Shown here: one piece after another, positions 1-13,954 of the stretch
How the letters are laid out: each line of letters begins with the position of its first letter
Position numbering within the stretch: position 1 is the stretch's first letter
From: Rhina ancylostomus
Taxonomy: Eukaryota
Length of the DNA: 64,000 bases
Assembly (NCBI GenBank): GCA_030265395.1
Contig: JARFYF010000084.1
Span: forward strand, 90,498,920-90,562,919
Direction: 5' to 3'
Position numbers and translations under genes: made by a program
The notes under the pieces: generated by a model
The model's database searches: none
What the model was told of the DNA's origin: nothing
The model's input: only the letters and a program-made list of their open reading frames with translations

Positions 1-185
1 CCCTCCCTCTCCTTCCTCCCAGTTTCCCACTCCCCCCTCCTCCTCCTCCCCTCCTCTGCCACTCCTCCTCCCCCTCCCTTCTCCCTATCCTCACACCCCT
101 TCCCTCTCTCTCCCTCACTCACCCACCCCCTCTTACTCACTCTCTCCCCTCCACAACCTCCCCCTCTACCCACCCGTTCCCTTCC
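1..185. repeat. C/T-rich low-complexity tract
   Basis: Almost pure polypyrimidine (cctc/ctcc units) with scattered A. Confidence 0.9.
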
Positions 186-2379
186 TAAGTGCAGTTGGTA
201 AGTGCTGCTGAACAGCGAGTTCAGGACTTGAAGTACTAAGGGAGAAGCTATGTGAAAAAACAACAGAGAAGGACTGTGAAAGCACAGAGGGCAGAAGTAA
301 TTAGATTGGACTGAACTTTGGAGGGGATTTTTGATTTTCCTGTTTTGAATAGAATGAACAATAGTGAGGTTCCGACAAGGCCCTTTACACCTTTCACTGT
401 TTTGATTTCCATTGACTTTAATAGAAGACAAGATGTAAAGTGGACTGCAGATTGGCAATCAACAAGTTGCACCAATCACAGTCTGAACCTCTTTCTGTGC
501 CGGTCCCTTCCTTATTTTGTAACTTTGAAAGATTAATTGCTTTGTACTGACAAACATGGAAGATTTGCAATCATTGAAATGATTGTGGGTTGTAAAGTGA
601 GGCCAAACAGCCTTGGAGCTCAGGAATTATTGGCTCTGGAAGGTGTGAGTATACAGTTCTTACAATGGAAAATACCCAGAGATTGGCCTGAGTTGTGCAA
701 TGCTACATCAAAGGGATTTCCAATATAAAGGGATTCTTTTTGTTGCCATTTAATCCCAGTGTTGCTGACTACCACTGTTGGCAAAACATGCAGTAAAAAC
801 TGCATGCTTACATCTTTTTTTTTAATCTAAGGGTGAATGTAAAACCAGTCACTTCTCAAAAAAAATCTTTTAGGAATTGCTCATTTGTTGTTTATCAGAA
901 CCCTCATCTAGATTATTATTTTACTCTTTAAACACTAGCAGAACCCAAAAGATGCATAATTAAAAATGTGCTTTGGAATAAGCTCAGTTTTGTTGAAAAT
1001 AAAAGAACACACAATTTTGCAGCAGCATTGATTTTATGATTTTTTTGCTTTATTTCCAAACTTGTTGGTTCAAACTTTCTCTCATTTAGAAGCCTTCAAC
1101 TGAAGCAACAAGCATCCATCTGTACATCTATTGCTTTCTTTTAATGTAGAAATAGATATGCAGTGCACAGACAAATCATTAGAAGAAAGGCATACAACCA
1201 ATTGAAGTTGAATGATCCCGTGAAGCTCTGCAGTCATTTACTCTTCCCATTTATAGTCTTGAATGGTTTCTTAATAGATTTATTGGTTTGTGCCTTCACT
1301 TTGCCACCACTAGCCTATTCCACATGCTTACCTCTTCTTGGAGTTAATTTTGGCTACATGTGCCCATACAAAACTGGGGATAGTGAAGGAACATCCTGTT
1401 TAACATCTTTTTCCTTTTCCCTTTACTTTGAAGTTAATGTTTGACAGATTTTGGCGACCTGTATTCTAATCTGAAATAGTTATTTTTGTACTTTGCACGA
1501 TGGAATTAAAAGGCTTTTATGAAGAAAATTAATCTTCAAATATTATCAATATTTGTTCAAAGCACTTTTTCAAAGACAGTTCCTTAAGTAGGTAAAAATG
1601 CATCACAATTTTTTCTGTGCTAACTTTCTTCACAATCACTTTAAGTCTATTCTTCTGTATAGTTAGAGAAAAATCATTTGGACAAAAGTATTTCTTTATC
1701 TTTGAAGATATGTCACTTACTTGAATGTTCAAATCTTAATTTTATTGGAAATATTATCTTGGGTGAAAACCTAATCAATACAATAATTGATATCTCTTTC
1801 TTTCTGTGATGTGCCTCCTATTCTTGCTACTTTGGCTGAAGGTCAGGAGCTTCGACTGGTGGAGAATGTGTTTGGTGACAATGGGATGTATCCATACATT
1901 GACCATCATTTATAACGAGCTGGACTGATTACTATGTTATTTATGGAGTGTTTTTTCTTCCCAAAGGTAGCAAAGTGAGAATTAAAACCTTGGCTTATTT
2001 GCAGTATAACCTGGGATAACATTCTACTGGAGGTAAGTTAAAGACTGAAATCTATTTTTTGGATAAATTGGTTGCAAGTTGTATGCCAAGAGAACAGGGA
2101 CTGGAATGGAATTTGTCTACTTTGATTTATGCTACTATGTATTGCTTTTTGTGGAAGCAATATTATTCTCATCCTCCAGAATGTTCATCAAGTCCATCAG
2201 TAAAATAGAAATGTAGTGTTGGGCAAAAGTAGACACTGGCTGTGATGTGAACCTAGCTCAGATTAGAAAGGGACATCAGGCTTCATATTTCCAATGTGAA
2301 TGAGCATGTGTGATACAAATTCATGTAACGTGCTTTCTTATAGACTTATTAAAAGTCAAGTCAGAGATAAAACTAAGGA

Positions 2380-4030
2380 CAGAGTTTGAGGGCTGCAGCT
2401 TTTGACAGAAGTTGTTGGCTGGTGAGAGAAAGCTGCTGCCAGCACAAGGCAGGAATGACCCAGGAGGTAAGTAGCAGGAGCATCACATTAACTTAAATAT
2501 ATGCTAGCGTCATTTGTGATACTTCTGGATTGTTGTCACCCTCAGCAGATACGCTGCCTAAAAATCACTTGTAGGTCTCTGAGGCTTTGCAGGAGGAGAG
2601 GAGGCAGGGAGCAACCCAGGACAATAGACTGACCCCACCATTGACAAAGTGCAGCTTATCCTGCGGAGAAGTAGGATCTGAAAGGTAGCAGCAGTTAGCT
2701 CTTGCTGAGCATCAGCACAGAGTGACAGTATTCATCCTTGAGACTCAGTTTCCTGCCAGCCGAAGTCACTGTAGGTTAACATCAACAGTTTATCAAATAT
2801 GATTGATCTAATTCTGTGAATTTCAACTTTGGTGAAATTCCATCTCGAAATCCTATCCACCTCTTTCCTTCTAGAACATCACATGATGAAGCTGAACCCC
2901 AGTGTGGAGAAGAGCATTTCTCAGTAGAACTCATTCCTTCATTGGGTGCCATGTCAAAGGGCACCAGCACAGATACAAATACACTGGTGGGTTCTCTTGG
3001 CTAGCTTGGTGGGAATGTGACCAGGTTGTTGGCATGATGCTAGTAAACTTCTGCNNNNNNNNNNNNNNNNNNNTTATGTATTGGAAACTGCTCAGCTGCA
3101 CAGAAGTGCGAAACTTTGGGTGGGGAGCATCAACTAATGAGCAGCAATTTTGCAAGGTATGTGACATTAGCTCAAGATGCATGCACTGACAATATCCTTG
3201 CAATAACATGCCTACTGTCTTCTGCACATCGATAAGGTGTCACTAACCATCTCCAATCTGTGGGAGATGAGAGCAATATTCAGCTCTCCTGGAAAAGAGA
3301 AGATGGGTATAAGCAAGGTGAAAATACCAACATGCACATTTGCCATCCCTGGCCTCCTTCCCAATTGTCCCTTGGCCCTGTGACATGCTGCCTTCTCTCT
3401 TGTTAATCTGGGAGTAGGGTCCCAAATGGGCAAGACCCTCAGCACCCAGAGGTTTACTCCCCTGATCATCCCAAGAGGGTGCAGTATTTGGACCACCCTG
3501 TGGGAGTCACTGCATGATGTGGAGGTTGTGGATGTTGGAAAGCTTAAGACATCATCAAGGATCGATGATTGGGCATTGTTTTTATATATGTGCTTGAAGT
3601 ATTAGATCACACTTCCTACCACTTTTCCAATATGATTAGCCCATTCTGCTCTTCATTTCTTTTGTACTGAATGTGTAGTGAATTGACTGGTGCTGATTGG
3701 CAGACTGGAAGTCAGTGGATGGATGGTTGCAGAACTGCTGATGTAAGTGTAGAGGAATGGGGATGTTGCACTCTTTATTCCAGAGTGAATGACTAACTGA
3801 ACCCACAAGCTGTTTCCCAGATCCTGAGCAGCAGCATGATTGGTCTCTCTTCCAGCCACTGGAAAACTCATGGGATGAGGAATCCTAAGCAGCTTGTTCC
3901 ACGTGGACATTTGGTTTCCCTCGGAAGATCAGAAGTGTTCTGGGGATGTTCATGGCTGAGCTCTGAAGGACAGCTCCAGACAAGCACACTTGCATATGTT
4001 CTGAGAGGAGCTGATGGATGTGACTCGGCC
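2380..4030. mobile_element. Highly degenerate PIF/Harbinger-like transposon remnant
   Basis: The minus strand at 3470-3900 has frameshifted traces resembling the transposase motifs GFHS.NVQ, IIE..GVLK and LQYSP.RV. The plus strand at 2400-2650 weakly resembles the Myb/SANT partner gene, with a GTAAGT donor at 2467. Similarity is weak and judged by eye. Confidence 0.3.
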
Positions 4031-4114
4031 TTCTGAAGCACCACACCTTTGACGGGAAAGGGGAGTGAGTGGACAGCGCCCTCCACAGGCTTAATTCCTC
4101 CGCTTGAAATAAAA

Positions 4115-4262
4115 AAAAATGCAGATGCTGGAAATCTGAAAAAAAATGCTGGAAACACTCAGCAGTATCTGTGGAAAGAGAAACAGTTAATATTTCAAAG
4201 ACTTTTTTTATCAGATCTTGCAATTGCTCCGTTCTCTGCTAGTCACCTGATGTTTCTTTCAC
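4115..4262. mobile_element. Penelope-like terminal repeat fragment
   Basis: gcagatgctggaaatctgaa..aatgctggaaacactcagcag..gtggaaagagaaacagttaa, a motif shared with copies at 12.3, 21.0, 22.6, 28.9, 42.3, 44.0 and 52.0 kb. Confidence 0.55.
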
Positions 4263-4289
4263 ATCACACTCTCTTTGCTGTTAAGTCAT

Positions 4290-4625
4290 AGAGTTACACG
4301 GCACAGAAGCAGGCTCTTCAGCCCAGTCAGTCTTCATCAATCATCAAACATCCATTCACTAATCCTACACTTTCTCACTTTAGTTGTTCATGCATTTCCA
4401 TCAACAGCCCCCAGATTCTACCACTTGTCTTCAAAGGGGCAATTAAGTTAGCAGCCTTCATGTCTTTGGGATGTGGGAGGAAACCGAAGCATCAGGACAA
4501 AACCCACATGGTCACAGGCAAAACATGCAAACACCACGCAGGCAATGCTGGAGATCAGGACTGAACCCGAGTCACTGGAGCTGTGAGGCAGCAGCTTCAT
4601 TAGTTACACCATTGTGCTGCCTGCA
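4290..4625 (-). mobile_element. tRNA-derived HE1/V-SINE-like element
   Basis: The reverse complement begins ggcagcacaatggtg..gctgctgcctcacagctccagtgactcgggttcagtcc (A/B-box-like) followed by a V-domain-like tgcatgtt..gtgggttt. Homologous to the 13464 copy. Confidence 0.75.
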
Positions 4626-5129
4626 TTAAGTCTCTTTCCCCTCCTCTTCCTCAGTGCAGCTGGGAACTGTCATGTCATCACCAATTATCTCTCATTCTGA
4701 ACCCTGCCAAGCTCTAACTAAGTTTCTCACACTATGCCATCTCAATGTACCAAGCACATTGGGAAGAGACCAATGAGCACTGAACGTTTATTGCAATTGT
4801 GGCCCATTGCCTTTAAACAGAAAAAAATAAGAAACCTCTCAATCCTGCTCCTTATACATGGGAACCTTCCTAACTCTTGGATTAAAGCTGCACCTCAGAA
4901 TTCTTACATTCTAAACTCTCCTTCCCTGCCCCCACACCAGCCATGAGATAATTTCAATATCATGTTTTTTCTTCTGATTGTCTAATTGTTCTTTTGGTTT
5001 CTTCATCAATACACCCGGAATATTAAGTTCTTTACCTATATGTTCAAGTAGTCGTCAATTACTGACACATTCTTCAGTTTAATAATATTTATGCCTCATC
5101 AACTAAATTCCACAGAGTAAAGTGGAATA

Positions 5130-6270
5130 TGGAATATTTTGAAGATAGTGACCAATACTCTGTAATTTTCAAGGTAGGCAGGGAAAAGGATAAGGATGTT
5201 CTGGAAATTAAGGTTCTGAATTTGGGGAAGGTTAATTTCAATATCGTAAGACGGAACCTGGCAGGAGTAGACTGGGGGCAGTTATTTGCAGGTAGGTCTA
5301 CATAGGACAAATGGAAATCATTCAAAAGTGAAATAATGAAAGTTCAGGGCCAGTGTGTTCCCACAGGAGTGAAAAGTACGTGTACAGCAAGTCCAAGGAA
5401 CCCTGGATATCAAAGGATATGGAAGGCTAAATAAGGAAATGACCCAGATGGCAGCTACAGAGAGCTGAAAACAGGAAACACCCTGCAGGAGTACAGAAAG
5501 TATAGGGGAGTGTTTTAAAAAAAAATTAGGAAAGCAAAGGGAGGGAAAGAATATCACAAGTGGATAAACTTAAGGAAATTCTCAAAGCATTTTATAAGTA
5601 TATGAAGGGCAAGTTGGTAACCAGAGAACCCATTTGAGACCAAAATAGTTATTTGTGCATGGAGCTAGAGGGCAGGTAAGGTCTTAAGTTGAATACTTCT
5701 CATCTGTGTTCAGTAAGAACATTGTAGATGGAAAATTTGGATAATGCACTTTGGAAAGACTAACAAAGGTAAGGCATACACAATGAATATTGAGGAACAG
5801 AGGGATCTCAGTATACAAGTCCAAAGATCCCTGAAGGTGGCAGTACAGTAGATAAAATAGTGAAGAAGGCACATGGAATTCTTGCCTTCATTAACCGGGG
5901 CATAGAATATAAAAGTTGGTTAAGCCATAACTGGAGCACTGCATACAGTTCTGGTTGCCACACTAAAGAGTGGATGTGATTGCACAGGAGAGGTATCTAA
6001 AATTAGAGAATGTAGTTAGGGAAAGAGGTTTAAGGGGGATCTGAGGAAGAACTCTTTCACCCATAGATGATTGGAATCTGGAGCACACTGTCTGAATGAG
6101 CGGTGGAGTTGGGTACTCTCACTGTATTTAAGTATCTAGATGTGCACTGAAATTGCCAATGAATAGAGGGCTGTGGGCCAAGTACTGGGTAATGAGATTA
6201 GAAAAGGAAGGTGGATGATAGTTGGTGTGGTGGTCAATAGGGCTTACTTCTTACTGTATGACTCTATGAT
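5130..6270 (+). mobile_element. Degenerate CR1-clade LINE (ORF2 fragments plus 3' tail)
   Basis: Typical CR1 segments (gatagtgacca, gagcactgcatacagttctgg, aggtttaaggggg..tttcacccatag) ending in a tgactctatga tail. Multiple stops and deletions. Confidence 0.75.
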
Positions 6271-8739
6271 CTTTTTGGTGCCAGTTCCCTGTAACCCAAT
6301 TCTTCTGAATTTGATTCCCCATTAGCTGACCCACGTCTTCCCATTCCTTAAGCATTTTTGCTTCTCAGCAGCCAGATTCACCTACCAGCTGACGCCTGGT
6401 GATTTGATTCCCCTGCAATCCCCCATTTCCTCACCATCCCTCTGTCTCCTGCTTTCACCTTGTACTGCAGCCTTCCCACCTGGCTGCAAGCAACCTCTTA
6501 TCTTAGCTGGCTGACTACCAGTAAATTGGGGGAAAAAAATCAGATAAGGTCCTGTCAAATTCCAGCTTTCCCAGCTGTCCTAGTATACCACTGTGAAAAT
6601 GTATGCTCAGACATACAGATGGAGTGAAAGAGAGACCCAGAGAAAAGAATATAGAAAGAATGTCTGAGTGGGACAAATAGACAAACTTAGGCAAAAGGAA
6701 GATATAAAGTCGACATTTATTAAATATCTGACAATGCAACATATCTATAGCACTGTCCCTCGTACAATGAGTGCACCCACGATATAGCACATATCTAAGT
6801 TATGCGTTCAAATCTCAAATTGTGGTAAATGAACCCATTGACTTTGAACCAATGTGTTAATCAGGGAGTCACTATTGACAATTGTAAATTGTGTATCAGA
6901 AGCAGGTGTATTGAAGAATGAATAGAAGAACAGCATCATGAACAGTGAGGAATGGAATCAGTCTCCTTTGAAGTACAGTAATCAAGCAAACCAACACCGA
7001 TACTAAGGTAAGATTTTTATGTATTAGTCACGTACATTGAAACACACAGTGAAATGCCTTCACCTTTAATTAAAATTAAATTAGACAGACAATCTTTTTT
7101 GTTGCCACTGCTGTTCTTCCCTGAAGGAATTGAGAAAGGAATTGGTGGTCTTTCATATTTGTATAAAATGCATTAGCCTGTCCATGATAGTTATTGAACT
7201 GTGATAATATTCCCACACCCTNNNNNNNNNNNNNNNNNNNNNNNNNNNNNNNNNNNNNNNNNNNNNNNNNNNNNNNNNNNNNNNNNNNNNNNNNNNNNNN
7301 NNNNNNNNNNNNNNNNNNNNNCCACACCCTCCCCCCCAAAGATAAACATTATTCACAAACAATGCTGAACAAATACAAACACAAACACAATGCAGGAGAA
7401 CATTCTGCACAAACCATGAATGTACTTCAAAGGCATCATTTTCAACCACTGTTGATATTGATCCATATGATTATTGTACTTCAAAGTAGACTTCCATTTT
7501 TCATTGTTACTGCTGCCACACGTCTATTTATTCCTCATTACAGCTGAAAGCACTTGAAGTTTGTTTTGAATTGTAGTTTGTATTGGTGATGGTGGTGGGG
7601 GTCATTGTATGCAAAGCAGGTAGATGAGGTGGGGTGGAGGCAGTTCCACAGGCTCAAAGTTCTTTCTTTCCCTGAATATACTTGTTTATTTTCCTGAACA
7701 TTCAGTCTAAAGGATAGGCAAGAGGGGGAGACAGCTGCTCCTTGAGCAACTGGGAAAGGGATTTTAGATCATTCCCATTTTCCCTCTTTAAATAGCCAAA
7801 GGTCAGGATGTCTCTTGGCAATGAGGTTAGATCATGGATATCCCAGACAGTCTTGGTCTTCAACAGCTTCTAGCTGACAAATTCCAGGCAAGCAAACTCT
7901 CCACCAAGTCGATGACCTCACACCAGCAGATGCTGTCTGTTCCTGGGAACAGGCTACAGAGCATCAGAGTCCTGTATTCCAGAACTACACAAGAAAATCC
8001 TTTGGCAAAAACTGTTGCCTCTTTCTCCGTATTTTAATTGCAAATTGTGGTCTCCAAACGTCTGGAAACAATTTTAGTTTGGGGATTCCTCCCCTGAATG
8101 TTGTTTCAAGGAACGAAGGTCAATGATCTCCATCCTCTGCCATCTCCCACTCTGTGACATCACCTGAGCATAGCTATAGAGAGCTGTGAGCATTGAGAGG
8201 GGCCGGGGAAGTTAAAAAAGGGCTGTTGAATCACCATTGTGGGACAGGGCCGCATTGCTATAATTAGGGATGCCACTGACATCTTATTTAGAAAGTGTGG
8301 AGCGTTCTTTGAAGTGTGCTGTAAGGACTGGTTCCATGACATCAGGGGGGCAGAAGCTGAGCAGAAATTGAAAGAGGGAGACTGGGCAATGATTTGGAAG
8401 TGAGCCTCAGAATTTCACATAGAGCTCGGAGTAGGCAGGAATGGGTATGACACAGTGATGAGCTATTAAAGGAAGAATTTCCAGTGCAATTAAAGTGTGA
8501 ATCCGAGTGAGTCTGAGAGCAGTAGTGTGTGGAAGCAGCTCAGCGAGAGGAGCATCCAGTGAAAGGGTGAGTAGAGCCTGGCACTGTTCTGCAAGTAAAG
8601 GGTGATAAATTGTTTCCCCTTGTCGGGAAAGGGTAAACTGAGGAATATAAGCCAAGGGATCCCATTTGAAAAAAACAAAAATAGCAATAACTTGTATTTA
8701 ACATAGAAAAATGTCCTAAAGTATTTTGTTATTCATTTT

Positions 8740-9293
8740 TCAGAACTGGGCATCATTAGCAAGCCCACCATTAAATGCCCTATGAAGGTGGTAGTGAGCT
8801 GCTTTCTTGAACTGCTGTAGTCCTTCTGGTGAAGGTACTTCCATAATGATATTAGGAGGAAGATCCAGATATGAGACCCAGTGGTGATGAAGGGATGCTG
8901 ATATATTTCAAGTCAAGATGGTGTACAGCTTGGAGGGGAGGGAGTGGCTGGTGATGTTCCTATGCATGTGCTGCCTTTGACCTACTTGGTAGCGGTTTTG
9001 AGAGGTACTGTTGTAGTAGCCCAAGTGAGAAGCTGCAGTGCTTTTGTAGATGGTGCACACTGCAATCGCTGTGTGCTGGTGGCAGAGGCAATAATCATTT
9101 GGAATTGTGGTTAGGGATACCATTCAAGAAAGGCTGCCTTGCTCTCAATTTTGTCAAGCTTCTTGAGAGTTTTGAAGCTTCGTTCATCCAGGCAAATGGG
9201 AATTAGTCCATCACACTCCTCACTTGTGCCTTGTCGAGGATGGAAAAGCTTTAAGTTGCTAGAAGTTGAGTTACTCATTGTACAATACTCAGT
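8740..9293 (-). mobile_element. LINE 3' fragment (CR1/L2 group)
   Basis: Minus-strand remnant ..TLKKLDKIESKAA.. resembling the RT C-terminal region, followed by 3'UTR-like sequence. Truncated by a gap. Confidence 0.5.
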
Positions 9294-10939
9294 NNNNNNN
9301 NNNNNNNNNNNNNNNNNNNNNNNNNNNNNNNNNNNNNNNNNNNNNNNNNNNNNNNNNNNNGGGGGCGTCAAAATGCAGGCCAATGTTACATCTGGTTCAT
9401 CTTTGGACAGATGCTGGGGAGAGGAATAAAGTCAATGGCTAAGGGATAGCATTCTGAAGACTACGTTTAAGGTCTTCCTAATATTTAGTTGGTGAGAATT
9501 TCTGTTCACTGTGTACTGGTTATTGGACAATCAGTCTTACCAGCGCTCCTTATATTCAATTCACTTTCAATAGTGCCCATTGTTCCACTTAATGCACATT
9601 CTCTCGGTTCCATTCCCCTCTCATCCTCATCCTTCCTCCCCACCTTCACCATGGTCACTCACCCCAATCATTATGCTGTCAGTCAGCTCCCCCATTCTCA
9701 TCAACCTACCCAAATGGCAGTCCCGATAAGTTGCTTCTATACATACTGGTGTCATTTGTACTACTTCTGTCTGTTATCACTCTCACCAGATGTACTATAG
9801 CCTTTGGAAAGGTCCACAGTGAAATCTATTCATCAGCTTTTCAAGATAGTGATAAATCCAGGACTCCAACCATCCAAACACCTTTGTGTGATAAATGGTT
9901 AAAGTATTAAACCGGATAACGTTCTCATGAGAGGATAAGAGACTAATGCAGTGACATAAGAGTAAGAAAAGACAATTGTCAAAGGTGTACAACACACAGG
10001 CAAAATTAAGATAAAGCTGTTGCAACCAAAGGTTGTGGTTAGCAGGGATGGAGGATGTGTCAGTTAAATTGTCACTGATTTTTGTATGATTAAATGAGGA
10101 GGGTTCAGGACAAACCAAGGCAAATTGCGAAGAGTTGAGGAAAAGGATTGACTGCCCCTGCACACCTGAATGAACACTGGGACCAGTTGTTCAAAATTGT
10201 TTTGAAGTTAAAGACAACAGGGCATCTAAGTAATATCTAATACTTAAAGTGACAGCCTGCTAGGGGACTGTGGAGAGGGGTGATTGTTCGAATCGATGGG
10301 AATGAATCATTGAGTAATTGCCAGAGCAAACAGAGTTAGAATTAGAGAGAAGTGCATGTGAGTTGAAATTACAGTTAATGGTTGAAGCTGAGTAAATATG
10401 TTGCAGTTCAAAGGTCATATTAGTGCATGATATTTTGTAGTACCTTGCATCACACAATTTTCAATAGTTTGTTGTAAACTCCTACTTGTAATACTTGTGC
10501 TAATCTTGTTTTATTTATGGTGTTTGCTCAGTCGAACTAACCATTTATAGGAGTTTTGGGTTGTGCTGTCTTCAGCAATTTATCTAGTTTAACCTCCCCT
10601 AATGGTTTCAGGCTGAACAAGAGACAACTACTGACATCATTCCTCTCCAGACTCTGCTCAGATGGTCAGAGATGTTAATCCTGTGACCAGGGGCATTAGT
10701 TAAAAGGGAAAGGAGCAACAACTGTGCAATGTATTGGCAATCCTGGTAAGAATATATAAAAGTAGAATGAAGGTTCATAAATTGAGGGCATTTAGTCTTT
10801 GTGATGCTTCACCATCTGTGCCTGTTGAGAAAGAGTGTAAAGGTTCACTCAAAAAGGGAACTGGAGAAATATTTTCAAAAGATTATGGAAATATTTAGGG
10901 AAGTGCAATTACAAGAGGAGAGCACCATCAGCCATCACT

Positions 10940-11170
10940 TCACCATTGTTTCCCCAACTTGCCCATCGTTGTATCCCCACCTTCAGTTCCCCCTACTCCC
11001 CTGTTTCCCAACTCTTAGTTCTCAGCCTTCAGTTTCTGCACCCTCAGTTCCCCACTCTATGTTCTATTCCCTTAATTTTCCAACCCTCGTCTCTCAATTT
11101 TCAGTTCCCAAGCCTCAGTTTCCCCACCCTCGATTCCTCTCTCCCACTCAGTTCTTTCCCCTAAATTCCA
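10940..11170. repeat. Degenerate minisatellite, about 14-15 bp unit (CCCTCAGTTCCCCA-like)
   Basis: Recurrent ctcagttcccc / ttcagtttc / ctcagtttcccc variants. Confidence 0.65.
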
Positions 11171-12254
11171 AAATCTTAGTTATCTGTCTGTTTTTTGTTC
11201 TCAGCATTTCTTGCACAACAGGTGCTGGTGCAAACCCATGCCTAGAGCACCCAAATGTTACAAAGTAAACATAATAACTTTTTCATTAGTCAGTCAATTA
11301 GTCAGCCCCAAAAACATGTAAAGAGGTGGTCAGGTCAGATGTCAATGTGACCGAAAATGCCACATGAGCCAAACTCCAGGAATGTCACCATCGATAGCAA
11401 CCCTATTGCAAACACACAAGACATAAAGAGGTGGGTAAATGTCTCTTCCCCATTGAATACATCTCAAGGACAGCATAAAAACCTGACATGCTTCACAAAC
11501 CCACAGAATGCTAATAACCCTAATCTTCTCCCTACCATTCCAAGTATTTCGAACTGTGTTAGTTGAGCTTGTAGTAAGAATGAATTCCTGGCTGTTTGGT
11601 GTAATTTTACAGTAACTAATGGATGCTTGAATAACATCCTGAGATTAGTGGCTGGAATTTAGAAAAGTGCCGACATGCTGAGACCTGTCTCTGCTGCCAG
11701 CGACGTTAAAAGCTGTTGGGATGGTTTCAGTGCCTGACATTGAACTTCCTGAAACTCTCCAATACGGTTAAATCAATGTTAATGTATGTCCTAGGTTTTG
11801 TTTTTTTGTTCTCACGTTGAGATGTACCGAATACACTGCCAGGGTTAAACCATTTTTCATCAAGTGTGAGAATGGCAATCCGACCATAAAAATGGATGGC
11901 CTGAAACATGGAACTTGTACTGAAGGGGGTTGTTAGCCCAGTACTGTCAGTCTGAAACCCGTTTACATAAGTCTGTGTGAAGTTCGCCACCTCCAGTAGT
12001 TGTTTTACTCAGAAAGTGGAACAATACATACAAGGCTTTACACTCATTTATCAACCTTTCAATTAAGGTTAGAAATGAAGAATCTTTGCCCTTATTATGA
12101 AACAGATTTGCTTTTTAAGTATAAAGCATCAAAAATCTGACAGTATTTGCATTTATATAGCATCCATTGGTTTTAAACATCAACTTATGTGTATAATTGC
12201 CTTCCCCTATTTGTGTTTGATTGATGATGTGAACCAATAAGATTTACTAAAGCT

Positions 12255-12570
12255 GTAACAGAAATTGCTGGAAACACTCAACCGGTCAGAAGAATGCATG
12301 GAGAGGGAAATAGTTACTATTTCAGGGCAGTGATCTGGGAAAGAGAGGCACGCCCCAATTTTTGACTACTACAATTCATCCTGTCATGAGCCTACTATTC
12401 TGATCATTTTCTCCCTTTCTAGCCAAGCTCACCCATTTGGCTTTTCTCCTGGGTCTTGCAGACCTGAAATGTTAACATTATTCCTTTGTTGGATCTATTC
12501 CTCTCTCCACATTTGCTGCCTGACTTTCGGCATATTTCCTGTCTTAATTTCAGATTTCCAGTATCAGTAA
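12255..12570. mobile_element. Penelope-like element with inverted arms
   Basis: The left arm (about 12257-12335) and right arm (about 12452-12565) are diverged reverse complements. Confidence 0.55.
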
Positions 12571-13463
12571 CGTTTCTGTTTTATTTGATTTAATTTGCAG
12601 ATGGCTGACCATTTGTGTGGAGTTGCCCTTTGTTCTCATCAGCTGTTATAAAATGGTCATGATACATGCATGTAAAGAAACGTAAAGAAATTCACACATT
12701 GTGATGTTTTAAAAGATCAGCATTATTTAATTTATCTGACCATCTTTGTTTTTTTTTCCTCCATTTTTCTAAATTCCAAAGATCTGTACTGAAGTCAGAG
12801 ATCAAATGAATTATATGCTTTTCCCAGGACCCAGCTCTTTATGTATTCATGATATTTGGCAATAATAGAAAGATACTACGATTGAGAGAAAAAGGGTAGA
12901 TAACAGAGTTCCTAACAATACTTACTGAAGGAAAATTAACCATATGATTTAAATAGTGATAGCAGATATAAACAGAAAGCACTACAGAAGAATAATCAAC
13001 AGGATAAGTATAATTTAGTAAGATTATGATAGCATTAACTCTCCCTTACTGATAAATCAACACAACCCAAATTATCTTACATTTACCAGGATTATGGTAG
13101 ATTAACTTTAAAACAGGCTGGAGTGAAGGATTTCTTCTATCCAAAGTATTAATGAGACTGATGAGTAGATGTAAACAAAGCTAAGCAATTTGTCAGACCT
13201 AGATTTTGTGGGACAGAATTTCACACAAAGAGATCTCTGGCAAGTGGGAGCCTTTTCAAAAATAAGATAGGAAGAGTTCAGGGCCGGCATGTTCCTGTTA
13301 GAGTGATGGGCAAGGTCAGCAATATTAGGGAACCTTGGTTGTTGAGGGATATCAAAAGAAAAGTAGCCTCTCCACCAGACTGACTACAACTAGGGTTCAA
13401 TTAACCATTTTGACGCCCAATAATTGGTATGTTTTTAATGTAATATGCAAATCTCCTAAGAGA

Positions 13464-13800
13464 TGGGTGGCACAGTGGTGAAGCTGGTAGAACTGCTGCC
13501 TTACTGCTCCTGTGACCCAGATTCAATCCTGATTTCGGGTGCTGGGGAGTTTGTACATTCTCCCTGTGACCTTGTGGGTTTCCCCCGAGGTTCTGGTTTC
13601 GTCAGGTCCCAAAGGCAGAGTTGATGGGTCACTGTAAATTGCCCCTCATGTGTAGGTGAATGTTGCAGTCTGGGGGAGTTAATGGGATTTTGGAGGAACA
13701 AAAAGGTTAGTGTAGGATCTGTGTAAGTGGGTGGTTGCTGGTCTGCGCAGCCTGAGGGCTGAAGGACCTGTTTCCCTGCTTTGCGATTGTATGAGTGCAT
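13464..13800 (+). mobile_element. tRNA-derived HE1/V-SINE-like element
   Basis: gggtggcacagtggtg..gacccagattcaatcctg..gagtttgtacattctccctgtgacc..gtgggtttccc, with a CR1-like 3' end. Confidence 0.8.
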
Positions 13801-13954
13801 GTTTTCAAGGACTGAAAATATTAGTTCGGATACATGTGCTTTTATCAGTCTTTATTACAGAAGGATAGCCCTCTGACATTGCGTATGACTTATTAGTAGT
13901 CACACTTATAGAAGTGGATGCTGCATTCTAACTTTGCAGTGATGCTACTCAGAG

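Noticed and set aside
1840-2040. Possible exon ending at GAG|GTAAGT (about 2033)
   Set aside because: There is no convincing acceptor, reading frame or neighbouring exon.
10801-11268. 155-aa Pro/Ser/Phe-rich ORF
   Set aside because: It is explained by a stop-poor pyrimidine minisatellite.
13464-13540. tRNA gene
   Set aside because: This is a tRNA-derived SINE head with no full cloverleaf.
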